DNA of 64,000 nucleotides from Patescibacteria group bacterium (GCA_038064875.1 JBBTSC010000001.1:635004-699003), one strand, 5' to 3'. Shown: positions 52,725-63,827, counted from the stretch's first letter. Made by a program: numbers and translations. The notes: generated by a model not told the origin, from the sequence alone.

Positions 52725-54410
52725 ATGAAGTACGAGGTAGCTCAAGCGCTAGAGACTAAAGTTAAAGAACTCTACCCTGATTGGAAGCAGGTTGAAGTAG
52801 AGCTTGATCAAACAGAAGAAAAATTTGGCGACTATTCCTGTAATATTGCTATGAAAATGGCTAAATCCCAAGGTTTGAACCCTCGCGATATAGCTGATAA
52901 GTTAGCAAAGGCCGTCAATGACGCAAAGTTGTTCTTTAGTGCAGAGGTTGCTGGGCCTGGCTTTATAAATATTGCCATATGCGACGATGCTCTCTTGTCT
53001 TATACAAATAAGTCTCCAAATAACCCTGGTGTATATTCGGGACAAAAATTCTTAGTGGAATATTCTGACCCAAACCCTTTCAAACCTCTCCATGCAGGAC
53101 ACCTCTATACAACATTGATAGGGGACGCTGTAGCAAGAATAGTTGAATATGCTGGGGCAGATGTCACCAGGATTAACTATGGTGGAGATGTCGGGCTACA
53201 TGTCGCAAAAAGCATGTGGGCAATACTCAAAAATTTGGGTGGTGAGAATGTAGAAAAATTGCGTACTGTCTCAGAAGATTCCAGAGCTGTGTGGCTTGGC
53301 GAAAGATATGTTGAAGGCAATAATGCGTACGAAGAAGAGGGCTCAAAACAAGAAATAACAGATCTCAATAAAAAGATTTATGAAATACATAGTAAAAAAG
53401 ATAAAACATCGGACCTGGCCCAGATCTATTGGACCTGTCGTAGCTGGAGTTATGATTATTTCAATTCTTTATATAAAGAACTTGGCGTTATTGATTTTGA
53501 CAGGTATATTCCCGAGAGTGAAGTGACAGATCTTGGTCTTGAAACAGTGAAAGAGCAGTTAAAGCAAGGTGTTTACGAGGAAAGTGATGGGGCAGTAGTT
53601 TTTCGAGGTGAAGATGATGGTCTGCACACCCGTGTTTTTATAAATGCCGAAGGGCTACCTACCTATGAGGCAAAAGAAGTGGGCCTGATACTAACAAAAT
53701 GGCAAGATTATCAGTATGATAAATCAATCATAATAACTGCGAATGAACAAGAACAGTATATGCAGGTAGTTTTATCTAGTGTAGGTAGATTCAAGGTAGA
53801 GCCAGTTGAACGAACAAATCATTTAACGCATGGGGTTGTGAAGCTGGCAGGTGGAGAAAAAATGAGTAGCAGGAAAGGTAATATATTGAGCGCAGTTGAT
53901 GTTATTCGTTCAGCAGAGTCTACGAGTAAGAAGACATTTGGTAACGATAACCCAGGTATTGCTGTTGGTTCAATTAAGTATTCATTTGCAAAACAGAGGA
54001 TTGGCGGAGACGTAATTTATGACCCAATCGTGTCTGTGAATATGCATGGTGATAGCGGACCATACCTCCAATACGCACTCGTAAGAGCAAAAAGTATTAT
54101 CAAAAAAGCTGGAAATACTATCAGCCAGGACTTAAGTAGTAGCAAAAAGTTAGACAATTATGAACGAAGTATATGTAGAAAGATGCAATATTTTGACTCT
54201 ATCGTTGATTCTTCTGCACGTGAGCTTGCCCCAAATCAAATATGCACGTATGCTTTTGAGCTAGCACAAGTCTTCAATAGGTTCTATGAGAACAGCCCAG
54301 TCTTGAATAACGAAAGAACAGACATAAGAATTAGCATTGTAAAAAAATACACAAGCATTTTAGAGCAATGCCTACAGCTCATAGGGCTAGACATAGTTGA
54401 GGGTATGTAG
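52725..54410 (+). CDS. argS: Arginine--tRNA ligase
   Basis: SDPNPFKPLHAGHL (HIGH region), MSSRKGN (KMSKS equivalent) and a C-terminal DALR-type anticodon-binding domain ending in M. Confidence 0.93.
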   Translation: MKYEVAQALETKVKELYPDWKQVEVELDQTEEKFGDYSCNIAMKMAKSQGLNPRDIADKLAKAVNDAKLFFSAEVAGPGFINIAICDDALLSYTNKSPNNPGVYSGQKFLVEYSDPNPFKPLHAGHLYTTLIGDAVARIVEYAGADVTRINYGGDVGLHVAKSMWAILKNLGGENVEKLRTVSEDSRAVWLGERYVEGNNAYEEEGSKQEITDLNKKIYEIHSKKDKTSDLAQIYWTCRSWSYDYFNSLYKELGVIDFDRYIPESEVTDLGLETVKEQLKQGVYEESDGAVVFRGEDDGLHTRVFINAEGLPTYEAKEVGLILTKWQDYQYDKSIIITANEQEQYMQVVLSSVGRFKVEPVERTNHLTHGVVKLAGGEKMSSRKGNILSAVDVIRSAESTSKKTFGNDNPGIAVGSIKYSFAKQRIGGDVIYDPIVSVNMHGDSGPYLQYALVRAKSIIKKAGNTISQDLSSSKKLDNYERSICRKMQYFDSIVDSSARELAPNQICTYAFELAQVFNRFYENSPVLNNERTDIRISIVKKYTSILEQCLQLIGLDIVEGM

Positions 54411-55046
54411 TTGAAGCGGGCTATTATCTTTGATTTTGACGGAACGATAGCTGATACAGTGCCAATAATGCTAGATATCTATCACAAAAAGGCAGAAACT
54501 AAAGGATGGCCTGTTATAACTCCTACAACACTAGTTGAGCTCAAGAAGGGTTCGATAAAACAAGCCATGAGGTGGGCTGGGGTCAAGTTTTGGCAGATAC
54601 CAGGACTACTGAGTATGGGAAGAAGTTACATGAAAGAACGTGCTAATGATATACAAATGTTTGATGGCATCCCACAGTTGATGAAAGATATACCTGCCAG
54701 TACCGACCTATATGTGCTTAGCAACAATGACTCCACGACAATTGAGCAGGTGCTCATAGCTAATGGGTTGAATAATAAAGTTAGGGTGCTACCTAGGCCT
54801 AGCTTGTTTAATAAAGATAAGTCAATAAAGAGACTACTCAAATTGAATAAATATTTTAATAAAGACGTCATTATGGTTGGTGATGAGGTCAGAGATATTG
54901 AAGCTGGCAGAAAAGCAAAGATACATTCAGTGGGAGTTAGTTGGGGCTTGCAAGATAAGTCTTTGCTTAAAAAAGCCAAAGCAGATGAAGTTTGTGACAG
55001 TGTAGGTGAGCTCAATATAGCTATAGAACGTATCTTTAGTAACTAG
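54411..55046 (+). CDS. HAD-superfamily hydrolase (phosphoglycolate phosphatase-like)
   Basis: Motif I IIFDFDGTIADT and motif IV MVGDEVRDIEAG. The TTG start directly follows the argS stop. Confidence 0.8.
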   Translation: MKRAIIFDFDGTIADTVPIMLDIYHKKAETKGWPVITPTTLVELKKGSIKQAMRWAGVKFWQIPGLLSMGRSYMKERANDIQMFDGIPQLMKDIPASTDLYVLSNNDSTTIEQVLIANGLNNKVRVLPRPSLFNKDKSIKRLLKLNKYFNKDVIMVGDEVRDIEAGRKAKIHSVGVSWGLQDKSLLKKAKADEVCDSVGELNIAIERIFSN

Positions 55047-55761
55047 GGGCTGACGGTAAACCAAAATATTCTTCAAGAGTTTTATTAGAGCTGTGTAGAT
55101 CTTTGGCAACATCTGTGCCAACATAGCGTAGATGCCATGGTTCAAATTGATAGCCTGTTATACCTGTCTTGTCTTTTTGATACCGAATAATAAACCCAAA
55201 CTTATATGAATTTTGGGATAACCATTTTCCTCCTGGGGTTTCTGAAAAGCAAATATCAAGATCGCAGGTGTTATCACTGTTACCGAGGTCAACAGCTAAG
55301 CCCGTTTGGTGCTCGCTATGTCGAGGTCGCGCACTGTATGTGTCTGCTAGTGCTTGACCGTCCTTGGATAAGTAACTGCTGTAGAGTGAATCTTGGCTTG
55401 ATTGAGATCTATAGCCACTAATCAAGCGTAAATTTATGCTTTGTGCTCGTGCTTCTGATAAAAGGGCGTCTAACTTTTCTTTCGGCTCCTTTCTTAGTAG
55501 GCCGTCTAGATCAGTTGGAGTGTAGCCGTCTGGTAGGGGTCGCTTTTTGTTGACTACGAATGAAATGCTATCTGGATCATTGTAATTACTTTTATCTGTA
55601 ATAATCGGCGGATTTTTCGACTCATTTGCCCTATTTGTGAGATTGGTAAAAGCAAAAATAAAAAGTAAAATAAAGATTGGGACGTATATTACTTTCTTCT
55701 TTAGGGCTGACACACTATAATTATACGTAAATGACAGAAATAAACTATAAAGACCTGCCAA
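55036..55761 (-). CDS. VanY/M15-family D-alanyl-D-alanine carboxypeptidase
   Basis: SGYRS, SEHQTGLAVDL and EPWHLRYVG zinc-site motifs, plus an N-terminal TM. The start is uncertain. A GTG at 55713 preceded by TATAAT (55725..55720) would avoid the 31-nt head-on overlap with orn. Confidence 0.85.
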   Translation of the reverse strand: MAGLYSLFLSFTYNYSVSALKKKVIYVPIFILLFIFAFTNLTNRANESKNPPIITDKSNYNDPDSISFVVNKKRPLPDGYTPTDLDGLLRKEPKEKLDALLSEARAQSINLRLISGYRSQSSQDSLYSSYLSKDGQALADTYSARPRHSEHQTGLAVDLGNSDNTCDLDICFSETPGGKWLSQNSYKFGFIIRYQKDKTGITGYQFEPWHLRYVGTDVAKDLHSSNKTLEEYFGLPSAPSY

Positions 55762-56291
55762 AACCGACTAAATTACTCTGGGTTGACCTAGAGATGACAG
55801 GACTTGATATTGCCCGAGATAGAATACTCGAAATTGCGTGTGAAGTAACAGATTTTAACTTTAAGACACTGGCGAGCTATGAGGCTGTTATCAGACAGCC
55901 AGATACAGTCATGGGCACAATGAATGAATGGTCCCAGAAGCAACATAAAATTAGCGGTCTTATAGATAGAATAGAAAAAAATGGGAGACCAGAAAAAGAA
56001 GTAATACATGAACTAGTTGGCTTCATAAAAGCACAATTTGGTTCAGAGCCAGCGATATTAGCCGGAAATTCTATACATAATGATCGTAATTTTATAAAAC
56101 AATGGTGGCCTGAAGTTGAATCACTGCTTCACTATAGGATGTGCGATGTAAGTAGTCTCAAAATTATTATGAACAGCAAGTACGATACAGAGTTCAGTAA
56201 GAAAGAAGTCCATCGTGCATTTGACGATATCCAGGCTAGCATTGCTGAATTGCAATATTATCTAGATTTCTTAAAAAACAATGAAGCATAA
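55731..56291 (+). CDS. orn: Oligoribonuclease (DEDDh 3'-5' exoribonuclease)
   Basis: Exo I LWVDLEMTGLD, Exo II GNSIHNDRNFI and Exo III HRAFDDIQASI. Confidence 0.9.
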   Translation: MTEINYKDLPKPTKLLWVDLEMTGLDIARDRILEIACEVTDFNFKTLASYEAVIRQPDTVMGTMNEWSQKQHKISGLIDRIEKNGRPEKEVIHELVGFIKAQFGSEPAILAGNSIHNDRNFIKQWWPEVESLLHYRMCDVSSLKIIMNSKYDTEFSKKEVHRAFDDIQASIAELQYYLDFLKNNEA

Positions 56292-56598
56292 AGAGGTTGA
56301 AGAGTATCTGCTATCAATGCCAAATGCGTGGTTAGATTATCCATTTGGCAAGGAAGTAGCTGTGTACAAGGTCAATGATAAGATGTTTGCTCTTATTGGA
56401 GAGGGATCAGACCCTGTGAGGATCAGTCTAAAATGTGACCCAAAGCTTGCCGAGGTCTTGCGCGGTAAATACGAGACAGTTATGCCTGGCTATCATCTCA
56501 ATAAAAAGCACTGGAATACGATAATTTTGAGCGGTCAGTTATCGGATGAAGAGATAAAAGATCTGATACTTTTGAGCTATAAATTGGTGGCAAAGTAG
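56281..56598 (+). CDS. MmcQ/YjbR family DNA-binding protein
   Basis: YPFG...VYKVNDKMFAL...SLKCDP...PGYHLNKKHWNTI. Confidence 0.8.
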   Translation: MKHKEVEEYLLSMPNAWLDYPFGKEVAVYKVNDKMFALIGEGSDPVRISLKCDPKLAEVLRGKYETVMPGYHLNKKHWNTIILSGQLSDEEIKDLILLSYKLVAK

Positions 56599-56599
56599 A

Positions 56600-57196
56600 C
56601 TACTTTTTGGTAGTCAGTAGAGCATCGACATTTTGATATATCGGCTTCAGCGTGGCTTTTTCAGCCTTGTTCCCAGAGTCGTAGGCTTTTTGAATAAGTA
56701 TTTTATATTGCTGTAATTTCTCTTCCAATATTTGATTGTAGGTATCATTGAATTTGTTATTCTTGGTAGCTTTTTCCAGGCTTGCGTCCACAGAGGGGTC
56801 TTTAGATGAAGCTAGAACTTTGGGATTAACTTTTTTTACCCCTCTTTTTGCAAGCATACTACTGATACTGCTCTGAGAAGAGATAGTCGTAACTTTCACG
56901 TTCAGCGCCCGATATTTTGTCGTCTCGGTAGCCGATTCGTCTTTAGAAGGGAGGTCAGCTATCCTGATGAGTTCAGTCTGGGCTTTAGTGATTTCGGTTA
57001 GATTATTTTTTTGGGAGTTATTGCCACTATTAATAACGGCGTTTAATAGTATAAAGATAATAACGATAACGAATAGACAAAAACCAATAAAACCAAAAAG
57101 CATTTTTGGATTGGCCTTTAGATCAATGGGTGCCTTTTTCTGCTTCTCGGGGTTTAATATAAAGTCGTATTGATTGTTGTTGGGTTGCATAAGCAT
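56600..57196 (-). CDS. Hypothetical N-terminally anchored protein
   Basis: 198 aa with a TM (MLFGFIGFCLFVIVIIFILLNAV) and a K/S/T-rich ectodomain. Confidence 0.55.
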   Translation of the reverse strand: MLMQPNNNQYDFILNPEKQKKAPIDLKANPKMLFGFIGFCLFVIVIIFILLNAVINSGNNSQKNNLTEITKAQTELIRIADLPSKDESATETTKYRALNVKVTTISSQSSISSMLAKRGVKKVNPKVLASSKDPSVDASLEKATKNNKFNDTYNQILEEKLQQYKILIQKAYDSGNKAEKATLKPIYQNVDALLTTKK

Positions 57197-57231
57197 TATG
57201 ATACCACAGGCTGGAGGGGTAAAATAAGATC

Positions 57232-58983
57232 ATGGATGCTGTGAGCGATATCAAAGCCAGACTTAATATTGAGGACGTTATTGGAGAGTATGTTCGACTT
57301 AAAAGGACAGGTAGGAGCTACAAGGGATTAAGCCCTTTTACGAATGAGAAGACACCAAGTTTTGTAGTTAGTCCAGAAAAAAATATCTGGCATGACTTTA
57401 GCTCTGGCAAGGGCGGTGATATGTTCAGCTTTATCATGGAAGCTGAGAGCGTGGATTTTAAGAACGCACTTGAATTATTGGCAAGAAAAGCTGGAGTTGA
57501 CCTCGATAAATATCAAAATAGTTCGAATACAAAGCAAAGCAAAGACCCCCTATATAAAGTGCTAGAAGATGCGACGCATTTCTACCAAAAGTCTTTGGTT
57601 AAGAATAAGAAAGCACTCGATTATCTTTCTCAGCACAGGAAATTTTCAAAACAAATAATCCTAGATTTTCAGATTGGCTATAGTCCGGCGGGCGGAAGAG
57701 AATTACTTGATTATTTGATGAGTAAAAAACATTCCCTGGCAGATATAAATAAAGTTGGGCTGACTAGTAAGTATAAAGGTGAGAACCAAGATATGTTCCG
57801 TGGGCGAATCATGTTGCCACTTTGTGATTCATTTGGCCGAGTCATTGGATTTACGGCGCGTTTACTTGATGATAATCCCAATGCTCCAAAATATATTAAT
57901 ACTCCAAGCACGTTACTTTATGATAAAAGTCGCCATGTTTATGGGCTACATTTGGCCAAGCAAGCAATTAAAAAAAACAATTTCTCGGTCGTTACTGAGG
58001 GAAACCTTGATGTTGTCAGCTCACACCAAGCAGATGTTAAGAATGTGGTGGCTATAGCTGGAACTGCGCTGACGCGCTATCAGACGAAGATACTTGCAGG
58101 GCTATCAGAGAACATACGACTGAGTTTTGACCAAGATAGAGCTGGCCTTAACGCTACTGAGCGGTCTTTGGAAGTTGTAGCTGATCAGTCAGTTAATCTC
58201 TGCGTTATAACTGTCCCAGAAGGCAAAGATCCAGATGATCTGATCAAGAAAGATCCCGAACTTTGGAAAAAAGCAATTGATAATTACAGCTACGCGGTAG
58301 ATTGGATAATCGAAAAATATAAAAAAGATTTCGACCTAAAAACTCCCAATGGGAAAAAAGATTTTGGAGCAAAGGTTGTTGATGTTCTTCGCTTGATTAA
58401 AGACCCGATAGAACAGGAGCACTATGTGAAGGTTGTTGCTGAGCAGTCAGGCATATCAAAAGAAGCTCTTGTGGCAAAGATTTCTCAGGTAGGAGAGACA
58501 GATAAAGAACGACCACTAAAAGCTGTTAAGCATTCAGAGAATATTGATAATAAACAAGATATTGAGTTAAAAAAATCAATAGACCAACTGTTCTCAATAA
58601 TGCTCTGTATGCCGGGTACTCGTCGTTTTGTGAGTGATTTGTCAGAAGATATACTGCAGAACAATGAACAAAAAGATATTTTTAGATTCTTGCGTGATAA
58701 TCCAACAGCAGAGCCGAAGTTATCAGATCATGAACAGTTGAGGCAACACGAAAATTATGCTAAGATATTAGTAGTAAACTTTGAAGAATTGTTTCAAGAT
58801 ATTGAGACACTTGAGTTGCAATACGAAGCAGAAAGACTAAAAAACAAAATTATTGAACAATTTGTTAGAAAGAAAAAAATTGAAATTTCTTTGGAACTTA
58901 AAAATGCTGATAAGACAAAAGAGCGAGATCTTTTGACCCAGTCAGGCAGACTAGATAAAATGCTAAAAAGCAAGAAGGTGTAA
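57232..58983 (+). CDS. dnaG: DNA primase DnaG (zinc-ligand-less variant)
   Basis: NEKTPSF motif, and Toprim ([10 protein letters not shown] ... DQDRAG ... EGKDPDD). The canonical C-H-C-C zinc ligands read S-T-D-S ([12 protein letters not shown]...[11 protein letters not shown]). Confidence 0.92.
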   Translation: MDAVSDIKARLNIEDVIGEYVRLKRTGRSYKGLSPFTNEKTPSFVVSPEKNIWHDFSSGKGGDMFSFIMEAESVDFKNALELLARKAGVDLDKYQNSSNTKQSKDPLYKVLEDATHFYQKSLVKNKKALDYLSQHRKFSKQIILDFQIGYSPAGGRELLDYLMSKKHSLADINKVGLTSKYKGENQDMFRGRIMLPLCDSFGRVIGFTARLLDDNPNAPKYINTPSTLLYDKSRHVYGLHLAKQAIKKNNFSVVTEGNLDVVSSHQADVKNVVAIAGTALTRYQTKILAGLSENIRLSFDQDRAGLNATERSLEVVADQSVNLCVITVPEGKDPDDLIKKDPELWKKAIDNYSYAVDWIIEKYKKDFDLKTPNGKKDFGAKVVDVLRLIKDPIEQEHYVKVVAEQSGISKEALVAKISQVGETDKERPLKAVKHSENIDNKQDIELKKSIDQLFSIMLCMPGTRRFVSDLSEDILQNNEQKDIFRFLRDNPTAEPKLSDHEQLRQHENYAKILVVNFEELFQDIETLELQYEAERLKNKIIEQFVRKKKIEISLELKNADKTKERDLLTQSGRLDKMLKSKKV

Positions 58984-58985
58984 CT

Positions 58986-60086
58986 ATGGTTGATGAACAA
59001 AAAGATATAAGTGAGATAAAAAAAGAGCTCGTTGAAAAAGCAAAAAAAGATGGCAAGATAAAGCAAGAAGATATATTTGCTCAAATTCCAGATTTGCCAG
59101 CGAATTCTGAAATCCTAGACGGTCTTTATACAGAATTGGCAGACCTAAATATTGAAGTTGATAATGGTGAGGCAAGTACTGTCGAGATTACTGACGATTG
59201 GTCAACTGAAGATGATGAAGAAGTTATCGTTGACGATAAAGTATATCTGGACGATATAGCTGATGATTCAGTACGTCTTTATTTACGAGAAATCGGGAAA
59301 ATTCCGTTGCTAAAAGGTGATGAGGAGCTTGAACTTGCTTACCGCGTAGTTGCTGGTGACAAGGATGCTAAAGACAAAATGGCAGAAGCTAACATGCGTC
59401 TTGTGGTTAGTATCGCGAAGCGTTATGTTGGTCGTGGTCTGGATCTTCTTGATCTTATCCAAGAGGGCAATACCGGACTTCTCCGTGCGGTTGAGAAATT
59501 TGATCCAGACAAAGGGTTCAAATTCTCTACATATGCAACTTGGTGGATCCGTCAAGCAATAACTAGAGCGATTGCTGACCAAGCAAGGGTTATTCGTATT
59601 CCGGTGCACATGTTCGAGACTATTAACAAGTTACTCAGAACACAAAGAAGGTTAACTCAAGAACTCAACCGCGAGCCAACAAACGAGGAAATTGCCGAGG
59701 CTATGGAGATGGACGTAGAAAAAGTTGAGCATATTATGAAGATCAAACAAGATATTCACTCACTTGATGCTAGCGTGCGTGATGATGAAGAAGACAGTGT
59801 TCTCGGAGATTTTATAGAGGACGAAGATACTGTGACCCCGGAAGAGTCTGCAACAGGACAGCTACTCAAAGAGCATGTCAAAGACATGCTGGGCTCTCTA
59901 TCAGACCGTGAACAGAAGATAATCAAACTGCGCTTTGGGCTTGAGGATGGCAAAAACCATACGTTAGAGGAAGTGGGTCAAGAATTTAGCGTAACACGTG
60001 AGCGAATTCGACAGATTGAAGCTAAAGCTCTTGCAAAACTTAAGAAGCACAAAGACGCAAAGAAACTTCACGACTACCTGGGCTAG
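58986..60086 (+). CDS. rpoD: Primary RNA polymerase sigma factor (sigma-70/RpoD)
   Basis: Region 2 ([19 protein letters not shown]), region 4 ([24 protein letters not shown]) and an acidic N-terminal region. It starts 2 nt after dnaG. Confidence 0.95.
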   Translation: MVDEQKDISEIKKELVEKAKKDGKIKQEDIFAQIPDLPANSEILDGLYTELADLNIEVDNGEASTVEITDDWSTEDDEEVIVDDKVYLDDIADDSVRLYLREIGKIPLLKGDEELELAYRVVAGDKDAKDKMAEANMRLVVSIAKRYVGRGLDLLDLIQEGNTGLLRAVEKFDPDKGFKFSTYATWWIRQAITRAIADQARVIRIPVHMFETINKLLRTQRRLTQELNREPTNEEIAEAMEMDVEKVEHIMKIKQDIHSLDASVRDDEEDSVLGDFIEDEDTVTPEESATGQLLKEHVKDMLGSLSDREQKIIKLRFGLEDGKNHTLEEVGQEFSVTRERIRQIEAKALAKLKKHKDAKKLHDYLG

Positions 60087-60088
60087 GC

Positions 60089-60655
60089 ATGAAATTAATA
60101 GGTATTGGTGGCACAAACGGTTCTGGAAAGGATACTCTAGGTGAGATCCTACAGGATAAATATGGCTGGAAGTTTATATCGCTAACAGATGTCCTTAGAG
60201 ATATTGCTCGGCAAAGAGGTATGCCTATAGGCAGAGAAAATCTTCGTCAGATTAGCGCAGAACTCAGAGAAGAACATAGTACAGGAGTGATGATAGACCT
60301 AGTTGCTGGCACGTACAAAAATCTAGGCCAAGACTACGAAGGTCTAGTTACGGCGTCGCTTCGTAACGACGGAGAGGCGGATCGCATACACGAGTTAGGT
60401 GGTAAGGTAATCTGGATAGATGCCGATCCAAAGTTGAGATATAAGAGGATAGTATCAAGATCTAGGTCTGATGATACGGTTAGCTTTGAAGAATTTATAA
60501 AACAAGAACAAATAGAAATGCATGGGGCCAAAAACGAATTTGAGCTAAGGTCTGCAGATGTTAAAGACAAGTCTGACATATTTATTGAGAACGACCTTGG
60601 CTACCAAGAGCTAGTTGAAAAGGTCACTATTCTTGCCAAAGAACTTGGGTTATAG
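60089..60655 (+). CDS. P-loop nucleotide/nucleoside kinase-like protein
   Basis: Walker A IGIGGTNGSGKDT, ~188 aa, with an adenylate/dephospho-CoA-kinase-like layout. The substrate is not assignable. Confidence 0.55.
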   Translation: MKLIGIGGTNGSGKDTLGEILQDKYGWKFISLTDVLRDIARQRGMPIGRENLRQISAELREEHSTGVMIDLVAGTYKNLGQDYEGLVTASLRNDGEADRIHELGGKVIWIDADPKLRYKRIVSRSRSDDTVSFEEFIKQEQIEMHGAKNEFELRSADVKDKSDIFIENDLGYQELVEKVTILAKELGL

Positions 60656-60716
60656 CAATCCAAAGGACAAAACATGCTTTTTTGAGATGATGGATTGATG
60701 AGATGAAAATACGTGT

Positions 60717-61814
60717 TTAGTTTTTTGGATTGCTATAGAGTTCTTTTTTAATTTCGTTCGCTAAAGCAGGATTCCACATAGCTCCAGTAGCAGATTGCAC
60801 TAAGTCTGCTCCAGCATTTTTATAGTCCTGAAAATCATCTTTTGTCATCACTCCACCGACACCAATTATCTCAAAGTCTAGACCAAAATCTTTTCTAATT
60901 TTTGACAGTCTCTTAACCATATCAATTCCCGCCCACTTGATTGATGCTCCACATACGCCACTGTTGAGTCGATTTGGTCCAGGAAGTGCTTGTTCGCCCT
61001 TTTCATTAACCACGGGTGCTGAGATTGTGTTGATTACTGATACGCCGGCAAGGTAAGGGCTGGTATCTTTAATAATTTTCTCAAGAAGTGTTTGTTGCCC
61101 CGCTGAGAAATAGCCGAATTTGGCAATCAGAGGGGTATTTCCAACTTTGGCTTTTACTCGCTTACAAATGCCGATAACTGCGTCATAGTTGTAGCAGAGA
61201 ACACCTTCAGTGGCAACATTTGGGCAAGAAAGATTTATTTCAATTGCTTCAACACCTGCCTTTGTTGCAAGGCTGGCAGCTTCAGCAAAATCATCCCAAT
61301 AATCTTCTTCTGAAAATCCGTTTTTAATGGTCCCAACAACACTCATAATCAGTAACTGACCTCTGCCTTGATATGAAACAGCTTTTTTCAAATCTTCTAC
61401 CCAGAATTCGGGGCCTCTTGAAGGGTTACCAAAAGAATTTGTTATTGACAATTCCTTCTCAGATTTTTCTGTTTTAAGTAGTCCGAGCTGAGGCTTTCCA
61501 GCCTTCTCTAAAGTTAAGTCTCCATCAACGTCTAGATACAAAACATTTGGGAATTCGTTGCAACTAAATTCAGTGCTTCTCTGCGTCTTGTAGCAGAGAA
61601 CATCAAATCCGTTATCAAAAGCATATTTAATATATTCACTATTGAGGAGTGGCCCTGCAGGAATGCCGAAGGGTGAATAAATTTTTTTGCCTAAAAAACT
61701 AAACTTAGGCTCGCCAACATCTTTGACGATGACTTCTTTTCCGGTATTTGTTGGCCCATCGTCAAAGTTATCGTCGTAAGTTTTAGTTGGGTCGTAAAAT
61801 GCTTTTTTTGTCAT
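60717..61814 (-). CDS. Dihydroorotate dehydrogenase-family flavoenzyme (class 1 / DPD-like)
   Basis: FGIPAGPL, IEINLSCPNV (active-site Cys context) and IIGVGGV. Confidence 0.75.
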   Translation of the reverse strand: MTKKAFYDPTKTYDDNFDDGPTNTGKEVIVKDVGEPKFSFLGKKIYSPFGIPAGPLLNSEYIKYAFDNGFDVLCYKTQRSTEFSCNEFPNVLYLDVDGDLTLEKAGKPQLGLLKTEKSEKELSITNSFGNPSRGPEFWVEDLKKAVSYQGRGQLLIMSVVGTIKNGFSEEDYWDDFAEAASLATKAGVEAIEINLSCPNVATEGVLCYNYDAVIGICKRVKAKVGNTPLIAKFGYFSAGQQTLLEKIIKDTSPYLAGVSVINTISAPVVNEKGEQALPGPNRLNSGVCGASIKWAGIDMVKRLSKIRKDFGLDFEIIGVGGVMTKDDFQDYKNAGADLVQSATGAMWNPALANEIKKELYSNPKN

Positions 61815-61836
61815 GATCTATATTATTCTAACAGTT

Positions 61837-62931
61837 TTAGTTAGCTTCGAATACTGTTTTCCCGCCACTAACTAACTTTGTTAGCTTACCGCCTGCAATA
61901 TAACCGACATAGGGTGACCAGCCAGTACCAGATAAAATTTCTTGTTCAGTTATCTTGTGAACTTGGGCTTCGGATGTGTCCCACTCCGTGTAATTTTGTT
62001 CAGGGTCAAAAGAAAGCCCGAGCACCTCGATAGGTTGCGTATGAGTGGCATCGATAAGTCGTTCAATAGACAGCAGGTTCTTGCGCACCAGACTTAACAT
62101 AATTGGCATGATGTGCTCTATACCAGGGAGACCAAAACAGGTTGTATGGCTAGAATCGTGGATACCCTCAGGGTTGTTAGATTCAGCCTTTAGCTTACTA
62201 TCAACAGAATGAGGCGCATAGTCAGACTCTAATATGTCAATTTCTCCAGAAGAGAGAAGTGAAAGTAGCGATTTAGCCTCCGACTGTTCGGGTAGTGGTG
62301 GTTGCATTCGAGCAAACCAGCCTTGGCCAATAGTATCGTGAGATGTTTTTAGAAAATGATGAGGACAGACGCCACAACTAAGTTTTCGCCCTTGTTTTTT
62401 GTAAGAATTGATCAATTTTACTTGTGCTGTGCTATGAACATGGCAAACATGCAGATGATGGCCATAAGTACCAGTTACTATTTCGATAAGTTCTTCTAAA
62501 TTATCTGCACCAGCGTGGAGCATAATTGGCTTTTGTGGTGCAACACGATGCCACTCTTTGATAATTGGCTCAAAGTCTTTAGCGGTGTAGTCATTATCAT
62601 TACCTGTTGTTGGTGCACCGTAGAGCTTTATGCCTACAGCTCCAGCTTTCGCCATGCCCTCAAGCTCATCAAGATTATCAGATTCTGGTTGGCTACCTGC
62701 GTAAAACAGTGTTGTGATAACAGAATCCTTCTCTGCTATGGATTGTTTTTCTTGTAATTTAGCCAGGCTCCAGGTCGGGTTTCCCGGGTTATTCGGCATA
62801 TCACAAATCAGTGAAAATCCCCCACGGGAAGCAGAAAGAGAGCCGTTTTTTATAGTTTCGGCTTTGTTGTCACTTGGCTCACGCAAGTGGACATGTAGGT
62901 CGATTGCTCCCGGCAACTTTATGATTGACAT
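61837..62931 (-). CDS. Dihydroorotase-like cyclic amidohydrolase
   Basis: Metal-binding DLHVHLREP at the N-terminus, with later H and D ligands (HVCHVHS, ESDYAPH). Confidence 0.75.
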   Translation of the reverse strand: MSIIKLPGAIDLHVHLREPSDNKAETIKNGSLSASRGGFSLICDMPNNPGNPTWSLAKLQEKQSIAEKDSVITTLFYAGSQPESDNLDELEGMAKAGAVGIKLYGAPTTGNDNDYTAKDFEPIIKEWHRVAPQKPIMLHAGADNLEELIEIVTGTYGHHLHVCHVHSTAQVKLINSYKKQGRKLSCGVCPHHFLKTSHDTIGQGWFARMQPPLPEQSEAKSLLSLLSSGEIDILESDYAPHSVDSKLKAESNNPEGIHDSSHTTCFGLPGIEHIMPIMLSLVRKNLLSIERLIDATHTQPIEVLGLSFDPEQNYTEWDTSEAQVHKITEQEILSGTGWSPYVGYIAGGKLTKLVSGGKTVFEAN

Positions 62932-62995
62932 GTACGTATAATCCTATAGAAAAACACTATAAAACACAAGTGTAGAGTGCTATAATTGAGCCAAG

Positions 62996-63784
62996 ATGAA
63001 ATATCAAAAAGAGTTGGACCTCGCTAAAGATTTGGCTGAAAAAGCTGGCAAGATCATGCATAAGTATTTTAATGCTGAGCACAGAAAAACTGTTAAACGT
63101 GACGGTTCATTTGTGACGGCGGCCGACACAGAAGCTAACGATATGGTTATTGACGAGATAGAGAAGCATTTTCCAGACCACGGAATTATTGGCGAAGAAG
63201 CTTCTCGGCACGCGGGCGAGGACTATACATGGATATGTGATCCTATAGATGGAACACTACAGTTCACGCTTGGTGTCCCAGTCAGCGTCTTTGCTATTGG
63301 GCTGATGCATCAAGGCAAGATGCTAATGAGTGTCATATATAATCCATTCACAGACGACCTTGCCTGGGCAGTCAAAGGCGAAGGAGCCTATTTGAACGAT
63401 AAGAAAATATCTGTATCTGAATGCCATGATTTAAATGGAGCTATCATCGACGTATTTGGAGCTAGTAAATACTTCAATAAGTATGAATTCTTTGGACAAG
63501 AGCGCAAAAATTATAAATTGATTCCATCTGGAATATATTCGGGGCTATACGGTGGCATGTTGGTCGCTTGCGGAAGAATTGATGGAGCAATCTTTAATAT
63601 GTCACCGCCACACGACAGCGCTATGGCTCAACTGCTGGTTGAGGAAGCTGGTGGCGTAGCCACTAACTTAGTCGGTAGAGATCAGCGTTATGATAAGCCA
63701 GTATTTGGAATGATAGCTGGCAATAAAACTATGCACAAAAAACTTAAAGATCTCGTAGAGCCATACCTAGAATCTGATCAATAG
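62996..63784 (+). CDS. Inositol monophosphatase family protein
   Basis: GEE metal site (IIGEEAS) and WICDPIDGT. Confidence 0.85.
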   Translation: MKYQKELDLAKDLAEKAGKIMHKYFNAEHRKTVKRDGSFVTAADTEANDMVIDEIEKHFPDHGIIGEEASRHAGEDYTWICDPIDGTLQFTLGVPVSVFAIGLMHQGKMLMSVIYNPFTDDLAWAVKGEGAYLNDKKISVSECHDLNGAIIDVFGASKYFNKYEFFGQERKNYKLIPSGIYSGLYGGMLVACGRIDGAIFNMSPPHDSAMAQLLVEEAGGVATNLVGRDQRYDKPVFGMIAGNKTMHKKLKDLVEPYLESDQ

Positions 63785-63827
63785 AAACCTCGGCCAATGA
63801 TTTGGCTATAACTGATATAATAGGGTT

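Noticed and set aside
60717-62931. The adjacent dihydroorotase-like and dihydroorotate-dehydrogenase-like genes as evidence of an isolated fragment of pyrimidine synthesis or of a reductive pyrimidine catabolic pair.
   Set aside because: This cannot be judged from one window, because the other pathway genes may be elsewhere. The motifs do not let me separate DHOase/DHODH from dihydropyrimidinase/DPD-type enzymes.
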